Positions 1-7,297 of a DNA stretch of 9,962 nucleotides are shown here, piece after piece. This DNA is from Octopus sinensis (lineage: Eukaryota), in contig NW_021827780.1 of assembly GCF_006345805.1 (NCBI RefSeq), forward strand, positions 1-9,962. The letters run 5' to 3'. A program made the position numbers and the translations under genes. Position 1 is the first letter of the stretch; each line of letters starts with the position of its first letter. A model generated the notes under the pieces. That model did no database searches and was not told the origin of the DNA. It saw nothing but the letters and a program-made list of their open reading frames with translations.

Positions 1-55
1 ATTCTCATTAATGCTTTGTGGTAATCAGCACCGGCGCAGCAGAGAAATTACATCA

Positions 56-110
56 TTCTTCTTCCTTTTCTTTTTTCGTTCTTCCTTCTTTCTTCTTCTT
101 TTCTTTTTAT
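56..110. repeat. Pyrimidine-rich (CTT/CT) low-complexity tract
   Basis: Almost pure C/T: ttcttcttccttttcttttttcgttcttccttctttcttcttcttttctttt. Confidence 0.8.
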
Positions 111-218
111 TGTTTTCATAAAAACTATAAATCATTATGGAACATAAAAGTCTGGGACATGATGGCTGTAAACAGGTGAATCATATATTTCTATATAAAA
201 ATCCAAATTGATTTACGT

Positions 219-355
219 TATAATAATAATATAATGATATAATAATAATAATATAATAATGATAATAATAATAATAATAATAATAATAATATAATAATAA
301 TAATAAGATAATAATAATAATAATAATATAATAATTAATAATAGTAATAATAATA

Positions 356-394
<39 letters not shown>

Positions 395-398
395 TAAT
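219..398. repeat. Imperfect (AAT)n microsatellite; expanded (ATT)n tail of the adjacent minus-strand SINE
   Basis: Long AAT run with interruptions, directly abutting the SINE 3' end (minus strand ...gtagaaaggATTATATTATT). Confidence 0.95.
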
Positions 399-592
399 CC
401 TTTCTACATGAGGTACAAGGCCTCGAAATTTGTGGGGTGGGTGCTAGTCGATTACATCGACCCCGGTAGTTTTACTGGTACTTAATTTATCGAGTCTGAA
501 AGGATGAAAGGCAATGTCGACCTCGGCGGAATTTGAACTCAGAATGTGAAGACGGACGATATGCCGTTAAGTATTTTGCCCAGCTCGCAGCC
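399..592 (-). mobile_element. tRNA-derived SINE family 1, tail type A, with a 20-nt deletion removing the A box
   Basis: Minus strand GGCTGCGAGCTGG..ctgagttcaaattccgccgaggtcgac..cctttcatcctttc..gataaattaagtaccag..ggggtcgatgtaatcgact..aaatttcgaggccttgtacc..gtagaaagg; aligns with copies at 1281-1509 and 4099-4328. Confidence 0.93.
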
Positions 593-699
593 TTAATAAT
601 AATAATAATAATAATAATATAATATTTAATAAATAATAATAAAATAATGATAATAATAATAATGATAATGATAATATAATAATTATAATAATAATAATG

Positions 700-733
<34 letters not shown>

Positions 734-741
734 TAATGATA

Positions 742-785
<44 letters not shown>

Positions 786-794
786 TAATAATAA

Positions 795-825
<31 letters not shown>

Positions 826-858
826 AAGAAGAAGAAGAAGAGGAAGGGAGGGAGGGAG
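593..858. repeat. Compound microsatellite: (AAT/GAT)n 593-796, (AAG)n ~796-840, then GGGA-rich 841-858
   Basis: Directly visible; source of the poly-N/I/K/L/Y ORFs 487..942 and 697..912. Confidence 0.95.
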
Positions 859-1010
859 CATATCGATTACATCGACCTCAGTATTCAACTGGTATTGTTT
901 TATCGACCCTGAAACGATGTAACGCAAAGTCAAACTCGGCACAACGTAAAAACGGATGAAATGTCGTTAAGCTAAGCATTTTGTTCAGCATGAAAACGAT
1001 TCTGCCAGCT
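845..1010 (-). mobile_element. SINE family 1 copy, diverged, B box deleted, normal tail replaced by microsatellite
   Basis: AGCTGGCAGAATCGTT head at 1010-995; core gggtcgataaaacaataccagttgaatactgaggtcgatgtaatcgat; lacks ggaatttgaactc between 940 and 941 relative to the 4099-4328 copy. Confidence 0.85.
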
Positions 1011-1029
1011 TTATGTGGTAATACATAAT

Positions 1030-1280
1030 GATATGTGTTCTTTAATCCACTCCACATTTCAGTTATTACCCCGTTTCATCTGACTATTGAGTGAAAATGG
1101 CAACATCAAATCTTGCTTCTATCCACCCGAAGGTCCAAACCGTTTCAAACACCAAGTAACTTGACCTGACGATCTTTCAGTGTCCCACGATGATCTCCAA
1201 TTAGTGCCGTGCTGCAAGGCCCACTCTGATTCATCTAAGTCAGTATTTGTCCCTTTCCACAGCCTCTATAAGAGACGATA
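1030..1280 (-). mobile_element. Decayed L1/Tx1-clade LINE ORF2, segment downstream of the RT catalytic motif
   Basis: Manual translation with frameshifts: Y-EAV (~1270-1258), S-VG-LQHGT-WR (~1230-1191), VKLLGV*NGLDLRV (1165-1124). These resemble YEAVTGAKIN..KSVGL.LG.W and VK.LGVWFG.DL of L1/Tx1 ORF2 (recalled consensus). Left boundary approximate. Confidence 0.7.
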
Positions 1281-1509
1281 ACTATTTCTTTACTACCCAC
1301 AAGGGGCTAAACACAGAGGGAAAACACAAGGACAGACAAACGGATTAAGTCGATTATATCGACTCCCAGTGCGTAACTGGTACTTATTTAATCGACCCCA
1401 AAAGGATGAAAGGCAAAGTCGATCTCTGCGGAATTTGAACTCAGAACGTAACGGCAGACGAAATACAGCTAAGCATTTCGCCCGGCGCGCTAACGGTTCT
1501 GCCAGCTCG
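1281..1509 (-). mobile_element. SINE family 1, tail type B, near full length, with 17-bp TSD
   Basis: Head CGAGCTGGCAGAACCGTTAG, B-box-like GAGTTCAAATTCC, core, tail ttaatccgtttgtctgtcc..tttagccccttgtgggtagtaaagaaatag. Flanked by ctctataagagacgata (1264-1280) and ctctataagagacaata (1511-1527), 16/17 identical. Confidence 0.95.
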
Positions 1510-1510
1510 T

Positions 1511-2150
1511 CTCTATAAGAGACAATACCGACCACCTCGACTTCCGTGGTGTGTTACACTACTAAGGTCACACCATCCGCATATGCTGACACAGCGTATA
1601 TGGGTAACTTTCGAACGGGGAAACCACTCAACAGATCTACTTTTCGCAGTAATAATAACTCGAAAGTCGGTACATAAGAGACGATAGTGACCACACTTGA
1701 TGGATTGAGCTTGTGGCTTGAAACTGTCCCTAAAAGCAACCATTTGCTATGACTACCAAGTAGATGTTGCTGTATGTTGAATGGAAGTGATACTACCTCT
1801 GAAAACAGGACCGCCCACTGGTTGCACTAAAGACAGTCATCAAATATCGAAAGCACTCGATCGATCGAAATTTATTGCAACCTACCAAAGCCAGGTCTGC
1901 TATTCACCCTTTCTGAAAGGAATTGCTTGTGGTGGTGGGTCGTCATAGAAAGATCTGCATGGGATTGGGCGAGCCTGTTCTTTCTCTGATACACTAATAG
2001 CGACAAATGCCATCCTTCTTGATAAATCCTTGGTCAAAATCTTAAACTCTGCCTTCAACAAAACAATGGGGTAAAAAATATAGACAATATACTCCTTTCT
2101 GCGTCTTTCTTCAATAGTGCAAACAACTTACCATATCGCAAACCGGTAAA
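1511..2150 (-). mobile_element. Decayed L1/Tx1-clade LINE ORF2 reverse-transcriptase domain (pseudogenised)
   Basis: RT motifs in correct order: LLKKD (~2118-2104); PIVLLKAEFKILTKDLSRRMAFV (2070-2002; cf. RPI.LLN.D.KIL.K.L..R); PCRSFYDD (cf. GRSI.DN); AINFDRSSAFD (1878-1846; cf. LD..KAFD); GPVFRGSI; ANG; SIHQVWSLSSL (1708-1676; cf. .RQGCPLSPL); FELLLLRK; VSAYADGVTLVV (YADG at 1583-1572; cf. YADD). Several stops and frameshifts. Confidence 0.88.
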
Positions 2151-2358
2151 AGCAACAACGACGGAAAAATACAACACAAGCCGGATATCCAACGGTTGTA
2201 AATGTGACAGGCGGTTATCGAGCATTAAGGAACTCTATGAGAACGCAATTATCAATGTTCCTCACCTACGTTCTAATTCAAAAGAAGGCGTACTACGTGC
2301 CCTTTCTTAACATAACTTTAAAAAAAGTAGTAAATCCGATTAGATCTACCGGATCTAC

Positions 2359-2374
2359 AGAGAGAGAGAGAGAG
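2359..2374. repeat. (AG)8 microsatellite
   Basis: agagagagagagagag. Confidence 0.9.
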
Positions 2375-2805
2375 CTGAGTGGTTGTGTAGCACCCTACAG
2401 TTTCCATTTTATAGCTATCAAGATGAAGTATGTTTATTTCGGGAAGCAATGAAATGTTGCACAAGTATTCAAGTCTGAGTGCGCTGTGTTTTTTTTATAT
2501 AAGAAACAGCTGAATATATATAATATATGAGTCAAAAATTGAAAGCATGACTGTCAACACTACTACATGAACCCGAAATTGAGAATTAATGCATGAAAGT
2601 ACTAGTTCATCAGATGAATTTTAACATTCTACTATGTCATTTTATTATTTTATTCATTAAAATATTATCTTATATATATATTATAGATTGTAATAAAACG
2701 TGAAATCAGACAAGGTGTGCAATTCTTTTATTAATATATTCCTTTATACACAATACACACACCCAATATATATATTCTATAATATATATATATTTTTTTT
2801 TTATA

Positions 2806-3197
2806 TTTTACTTGTTCAGTCATTTGACTGCGGCCATGCTGGAGCACCGCACCGCCTTTAGTCGATCAACTCGACCCCGGGACTTATTCTTTTTGTAAGC
2901 CCAGTACTTATTCTATCGGTCTCTTTTTGCCGAACCGCTATTGACGGGGATGTAAACACACCAGCATCGGTTGTCAAGCAATGCTAGGGGTACAAACACA
3001 GACACACAAACATACATGCACATGCACACACCATATATATATATATATATATATACGACAGCTTCTTTCAGTTTCCGTCTACCAAATCCACTCACAAGGC
3101 ATTGGTCGGCCCGGGGCTATAGCAGAAGACACTTGCCCAAGATGCCACCCAGAACCATGTGGTTGGTTAGCAAGCTATTTATACACAGCCACTCCTA
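2806..3197 (-). mobile_element. tRNA-derived SINE family 2 with internal (TA)n/(TG)-rich tract; B-box region apparently deleted
   Basis: Minus strand AGGAGTGGCTGTGT..tagcttgctaaccaaccacatggttctgggt|ggcatCTTGGGCAAGtgtcttc..gtgagtggatttggtagacggaaa..(TA)n(TG)..ttgacaaccg..gcggttcggcaaaaagagaccgatagaataagtac..ggggtcgagttgatcgact..gcggtgctccagcatggccgcagtcaaatgactgaacaagtaaaa. Aligns along its length with 4818-5175. Confidence 0.92.
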
Positions 3198-3207
3198 TAT
3201 ATATATA

Positions 3208-3243
<36 letters not shown>
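3196..3243. repeat. Imperfect (TA)n microsatellite
   Basis: Visible run; TA-rich sequence also lies at 2766-2805, on the other side of the family 2 SINE. Confidence 0.9.
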
Positions 3244-3245
<2 letters not shown>

Positions 3246-3756
3246 GAATATTGAATAAGAGTACAGGATTATGTTTCAACTTCATTAATTTACTGAGGTT
3301 TCTGCAATAAAATGTAGATCACTCAGAGCTGAGTTCTTGAGGAAAATTTTATAGCTTCCATCTTATCTAAAATGAGCAATAAAAACAACAACATCCGTGA
3401 TGCAGGAACAAGTCAGTGCAATGAGATATAATGGGAAAGGAATGTCTGCAATTCACAAAATATAAATGAAAATATCAGGATGTAAGGATGTTCTATGCTA
3501 GCTCCGGCAAAATGTACTTAAACAGGCAATAATGTAGTAAAGTTGCTCTGCAAATAGCTAGCTGTCCACTTTCAGTATGCTCAAACGCGGAAGGAAAAAT
3601 GAGAAGAAAAGAATGAAAAATGTATAAATCTTCATCTGTCTTAGAAAATAATAATGTAAAAAGTACCATGAAAATGTTGCACATAGAAAGTTCACCGGTA
3701 TCAAAATCTTGACATTTTCCAAAACAAAAATAGTAGTAAGAGAGTATTTAAATATT

Positions 3757-3942
3757 GGTTTCAAATTTTGGAATAAAGCCAGTAATTTCGGGGAATAGGC
3801 TAAGTCTCTTAGATCGACCCCAGTGATCAACCGGTACTTATTTTATTGACCCCCGAAAGGATGAAAGGCAAAGGCGACCTCGGTGGAATTTGAACTCAGA
3901 CGAAATGCCGCTAATAATTTTCTCCTGCATACTAACGATTCT
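3757..3942 (-). mobile_element. SINE family 1, tail type C; 3' unit of a head-to-tail trimer
   Basis: Starts at AGAATCGTTAG (first ~13 nt of head missing); core intact; tail cccgaaattactggctttattccaaaatttgaaacc matches the tails at 6158-6215 and 6385-6430; 13-nt deletion between CAGA repeats near 3900. Confidence 0.9.
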
Positions 3943-4098
3943 TTTCTACTCTAGACACAAGTCCCGAAATTTTGGGGGAGGGCGGCCAGTCGATTAGATC
4001 TACCCGAGTACGCAACTGGAACCTAATTTATCGACCTCGAAAGGATAAGTTGACCTCGGCGGAATTTGAACTCAGAACGTATAGACAGACGAAATACC
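3943..4098 (-). mobile_element. SINE family 1, tail type A, headless; middle unit of trimer
   Basis: Begins at ggtatttcgtctg (no A box); B-box-like GAGTTCAAATTCC; tail ctcccccaaaatttcgggacttgtgtctagagtagaaa matches 399-445. Confidence 0.9.
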
Positions 4099-4328
4099 TA
4101 TTTCTTTATTACCCACAAGGGGCTAAACACAGAGAGGACGAACAAGGACAGACAAACGGATTAAGTCGATCATATCGACCCCAGTGCGTAACTGTACTTA
4201 TTTAATTGACCCCGAAAGGATGAAAGGCAAAGTCGACCTCGGCGGAATTTGAACTCAGAACGTAACGGCAGACAAAATACCGCTAAGCATTTCGCCCGGC
4301 GCACTAACGTTTCTGCCAGTTCGCCGCC
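4099..4328 (-). mobile_element. SINE family 1, tail type B, full head; 5' unit of trimer
   Basis: GGCGGCGAACTGGCAGAAACGTTAG head, GAGTTCAAATTCC, core and B tail; closely similar to 1281-1509. Confidence 0.95.
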
Positions 4329-4817
4329 TTAATAGCGTATTTAATTATTATTGCTATACCAATAGCGAATTGCAATAACATTGGCATAACAGAAAATGTA
4401 AGGACCTACGTCAGCCTAACTGTGAAACTAAAAATTTGAGGGCAGGTAAAATATGCGCCTATCATTTTTTTGTAACAAATGCAACTGGAGTAACGCACCA
4501 TTATTTCTGTTAGGACTTTGACATACGCATATCTGTCCTTAGAGATAATAAGTACGTTCCAGAAAATAGCAGTGCTAGGAGCTGTATACATTGTTACAGC
4601 AAATTTACATTGTATTTTGCTTTGTAGATGTTGACTTTGAACATTCTCATTAACTTACAATACCCTTGTTTGCAACGAACACTTTTGTGAATGAAGTCCC
4701 TGCAACGGCCACAGCTATTACAAGGAAGATAACCGTTTCGCCATTTCGCCAAAATTCAAAGCACGATTAGAAATTTGAAATTGAAATTAAAGAAATTTAA
4801 GGAAAACGGAGTCTAGA

Positions 4818-4932
4818 ATTCGTAGTCACAGTCGTGGCATAGTCATCTAGGACAAGTCTTCTACTCTAACCGCAAGCTGAACCAAAGCCTCGTGAGTGGA
4901 TTTGGTAGACGGAAATTGAACGAAGTTCGTCC

Positions 4933-4963
<31 letters not shown>

Positions 4964-5175
4964 ATTTCCTTGTGTATGTCTTTGTTCTCACTCCACCGCT
5001 TGACAACCGGCGTTGGTGTATTTATATCCCCGTTAGATAGCGGTTCGGCAAAAAGGACCGATAGAATAAGTGCCAAGTATTAAAAAAATGTACTGAGAAT
5101 CGATTCATTCGACTAAAATTCCTCAGAGCGGTGCCCCAGCACAGCCGCACTCTAATGACTGAAACAAATAAAGGT
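4818..5175 (+). mobile_element. SINE family 2 copy, 5'-degraded, with internal (TA)n(TG)n at ~4933-4963
   Basis: gtggca..gacaagtcttcta..gtgagtggatttggtagacggaaa..ttgacaaccgg..tagcggttcggcaaaaaggaccgatagaataagt..gcggtgccccagcacagccgca..aatgactgaaacaaataaa; reverse-complement match to 2806-3197. Confidence 0.9.
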
Positions 5176-5548
5176 ATATATTCTACATATTCTACCACGG
5201 AAGTAACAACTAGCCAGGTGTTGACATCGACACCGATGCCCCTAAAAGTGAGCTTTGTCTTTTTTGTTCCAAATACTGTGAACAGGTATTTTCCCTGCAA
5301 ATTGGTAGTTGAAACACTTTTATTTCCTTGCTCTATTTTTTAAAATAACACATACGGTGCCATATTTCTTTCCTTTTCCAATAAAGATTTAGCATAAAAT
5401 ATATGCCAGAGTCGTGTCCTAACCTTCCATTCTTGGCCTAGGCAACACATATTTAAGCTATAGTACTCTCTTCGTACACCTCTGAGATAGATTGTCGTAG
5501 ACTGGCGCCTCACATAGGGAGAAAATGCTGGCGAGTTGTTGTTCTTTC

Positions 5549-5975
5549 AGTAAAATGTCCATACCAAGAAACGATTGTCGCAAAAAACACTTAGGGAGAA
5601 TATCTTTTTGTTACTCATTTATAGATTTGATGTGACATAAACATTAATTGTTGTTGTCAAACATGTTTGTTTTGTTATATTTTCTGTTGGAATGTTGAAA
5701 CTATTTTTTTTGCCAAATTTTTGTTTATTAATGTTTTTCTTTTTTACATTGTTTTGAGTGAAATATCCATACAGAGAAACGTTTGTCTGAGAAAAAAAAC
5801 GCTTGGGAAGAATATCTTTTCATTATTCATATATAAATTTGATGTAATATATGCATGTATAATACTTTTGTTGTTGTCAAACATGTTTCTTATACTGTGT
5901 TTTCTGCTGGAATGTTAAAACTTTTTACTTTTTCCGAGAAATGCTTGTTTTATTAATATTTTTCATTTTTACAAG
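5549..5975. repeat. Diverged direct tandem duplication, two ~210-220-bp units (5549-5756, 5757-5975)
   Basis: Colinear shared blocks: aaatRtccatac, gaaacg.ttgtc, gaatatcttt, atttgatgt, ttgttgttgtcaaacatgttt, tttctgYtggaatgtt.aaact, tttattaat, tttttaca. Confidence 0.9.
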
Positions 5976-6157
5976 TACAGTCTTTCTTAGAAGTGTTACT
6001 GAAGAATGAAGATACTTTTTACTTTAGCGTTAAACTAAAACCGGAGGACTAAATCTAGAAATATTTCTTTAAAATTCTGGTAAGGTTCAAAATGTTCAAT
6101 AAAGATTCCTGTGTGACATAATACTTATAAAGTAGGACTGACGGAAGTCAACAGAAA

Positions 6158-6382
6158 ATAACAATAATAGTGATTTCAAATTTTGACACAAGGCCAGCAA
6201 ATTCAGGGGAGGAGCTAAGTCGATTAAATCAACAGCAGTGCACAACTGGTACTTAGTTTATAGACTCCGAAAAAAATTAAAGGCAAGGTCGGTCCCGGTG
6301 GCATTCGAACCCTAGCGTAAAGGTAGACAAAATGCTACTAAGCGTTTTACCCGACGTGCTAACGATTCTGCCAGCTTTCGCC
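6158..6382 (-). mobile_element. SINE family 1, tail type C, full length; 3' unit of a head-to-tail dimer
   Basis: Head GGCGAAAGCTGGCAGAATCGTTAG, GGTTCGAATGC, core, tail aatttgctggccttgtgtcaaaatttgaaatcactattatt. Confidence 0.9.
6301..6373 (-). promoter_or_regulatory. Internal RNA polymerase III type-2 promoter (A and B boxes) of the SINE head
   Basis: A box TGGCAGAATCG (6373-6363) fits TRGCNNARYNG; B box GGTTCGAATGC (6311-6301) is one mismatch from GGTTCGANTCC; 51-nt spacing. Activity not shown. Confidence 0.6.
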
Positions 6383-6384
6383 TT

Positions 6385-6610
6385 AATAATAATGGTTTCG
6401 AATTTTAGCACAAGGCCAACAATTTCGGAGAAGGGATAAAGGGAAAAGTCGATTACATAGATACTGGTGCTCAACTAGAACTTATTTTATCGACCCCCAA
6501 AAGATAAGTCAAAGTCGATCTCGGTGGGAAGTGAACTCAGAATGTAAAGACGGACGAAATGCAACAAAGAATTTTGTCCGGTGTGCAAACGATTCTGCCA
6601 AGTAGCCGCC
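6385..6610 (-). mobile_element. SINE family 1, tail type C, full length; 5' unit of dimer
   Basis: GGCGGCTACTTGGCAGAATCGTT head; tail aaattgttggccttgtgctaaaattcgaaacc(att)3 joined through AA to the next head. Confidence 0.9.
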
Positions 6611-6670
6611 TTTTTAATGATATTAATAGTAACAACATTAACAAGAGACAAAATATTTTAGTGAAACGTG

Positions 6671-6745
6671 AGTCGATAAAACTGATATCAGGAGTACATG
6701 ACTTGTGATCATTTTATCGTCTCTGTGGGGACAAAAGTCTAAGTT
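6671..6745 (-). mobile_element. Old, degraded SINE family 1 core fragment
   Basis: agtcgataaaactgatatcag..acttgtgatcattttatcgtctc..ggacaaaagtctaagtt is loosely colinear with agtcgattacatcgaccccag..actggtacttattttatcgacccc..ggatgaaaggcaaagtc. Confidence 0.5.
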
Positions 6746-6854
6746 ATTTAGTACTTTATTCTATCATTGCTTGTACGAGGTCATATATTTACATAGGAAC
6801 GGTTACAGTTGGTAAAATCGATACTTAGTATATGTCATATTCATTTAATTGAAG

Positions 6855-7123
6855 CTGACACAATAACATGTATTTTGAGGGTAGGAACGGTCGATTAAAT
6901 TAACCCCTATAAATTAACTGATTCGTATTTTGCAGATACAGCACCATAACCAATGAAGGATCCCCGAAGCGTGCTTATTGCTTGTTGAAAACTATCTTGT
7001 TGGCCATACAGAAATGAATAACAAATTTCGAATAACTAACTCCAACTTGGTGAAATTCGAACTCAGGAAGTAAACGGATGTAACAGAATGCGGTAAAGCA
7101 TGTTGTCAGAAGTTCTGACAGCC
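6855..7123 (-). mobile_element. Old SINE family 1 copy in two pieces (~6855-6935, ~7043-7123) with ~80 nt of extra sequence between
   Basis: attttgaggg..ggtcgattaaattaacccc..aactg..tatttt, then ttggtgaaattcgaactcag..taaagcatgttgtc..ttctgacagc. Confidence 0.6.
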
Positions 7124-7297
7124 ATGAGATCAAAGAAACAGTGAGTGATCTCTTAAGATTGAAAAGAGGGTGGACAAATTGCTATGTTTAATGAAGAGAT
7201 GGTTAAAAAGTTTAAAGCAAATTAGTCCAGCAGCATGGCATTGATAAAGACAAGGGTTAGGGTAAAAAAAATTTCATTTATATTTTAGGATTTGGTA

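Noticed and set aside
487-942. ORFs 487..942 (-) and 697..912 (+)
   Set aside because: Homopolymeric translations of AAT/AAG microsatellites plus SINE sequence.
1129-1149. Minus-strand CLKRFGP resembling the RTE motif RL.WFGH
   Set aside because: An alternative frame of the longer VKLLGV*NGLDLRV match, which is colinear with the upstream RT motifs.
1293-1535. ORF 1293..1535 and other SINE-derived ORFs (3558..3830, 3972..4205, 6277..6474)
   Set aside because: They lie in or start in family 1 SINEs; shared peptides such as SEFKFRR reflect the repeat.
1674-1686. Third copy of ataagagacgata, identical to part of the left TSD (1268-1280)
   Set aside because: It falls in the LINE LSSL/Y codons with no junction nearby; treated as coincidence.
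1885-1938. Plus-strand PKPGL...CLWWW resembling a mariner transposase motif
   Set aside because: Flanking residues do not fit; the region is fully explained as the antisense of the LINE RT.
2913-3258. ORFs 2913..3095 and 4892..5083 sharing MSGFGRRKL, plus 2971..3258, 2981..3208, 4861..5076
   Set aside because: Apparent paralogy comes from the two family 2 SINE copies and internal dinucleotide runs.
3757-4328. Regularly recurring motifs that could mimic a CRISPR array
   Set aside because: The intervening sequences are homologous SINE bodies rather than unique spacers; eukaryotic context and no cas genes.
4250-4328. SINE heads as tRNA genes
   Set aside because: A/B boxes are present, but I found no cloverleaf or acceptor stem and they run into SINE bodies.
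4610-4700. Splice-acceptor-like ttgtattttgctttgtag followed by ATG
   Set aside because: All three frames stop within 21 codons and no good donor follows.
5218-5247. Possible 30-nt micro-exon (ccag|...aaaa|gtgagc)
   Set aside because: Good donor but no polypyrimidine tract; unsupportable without RNA data.
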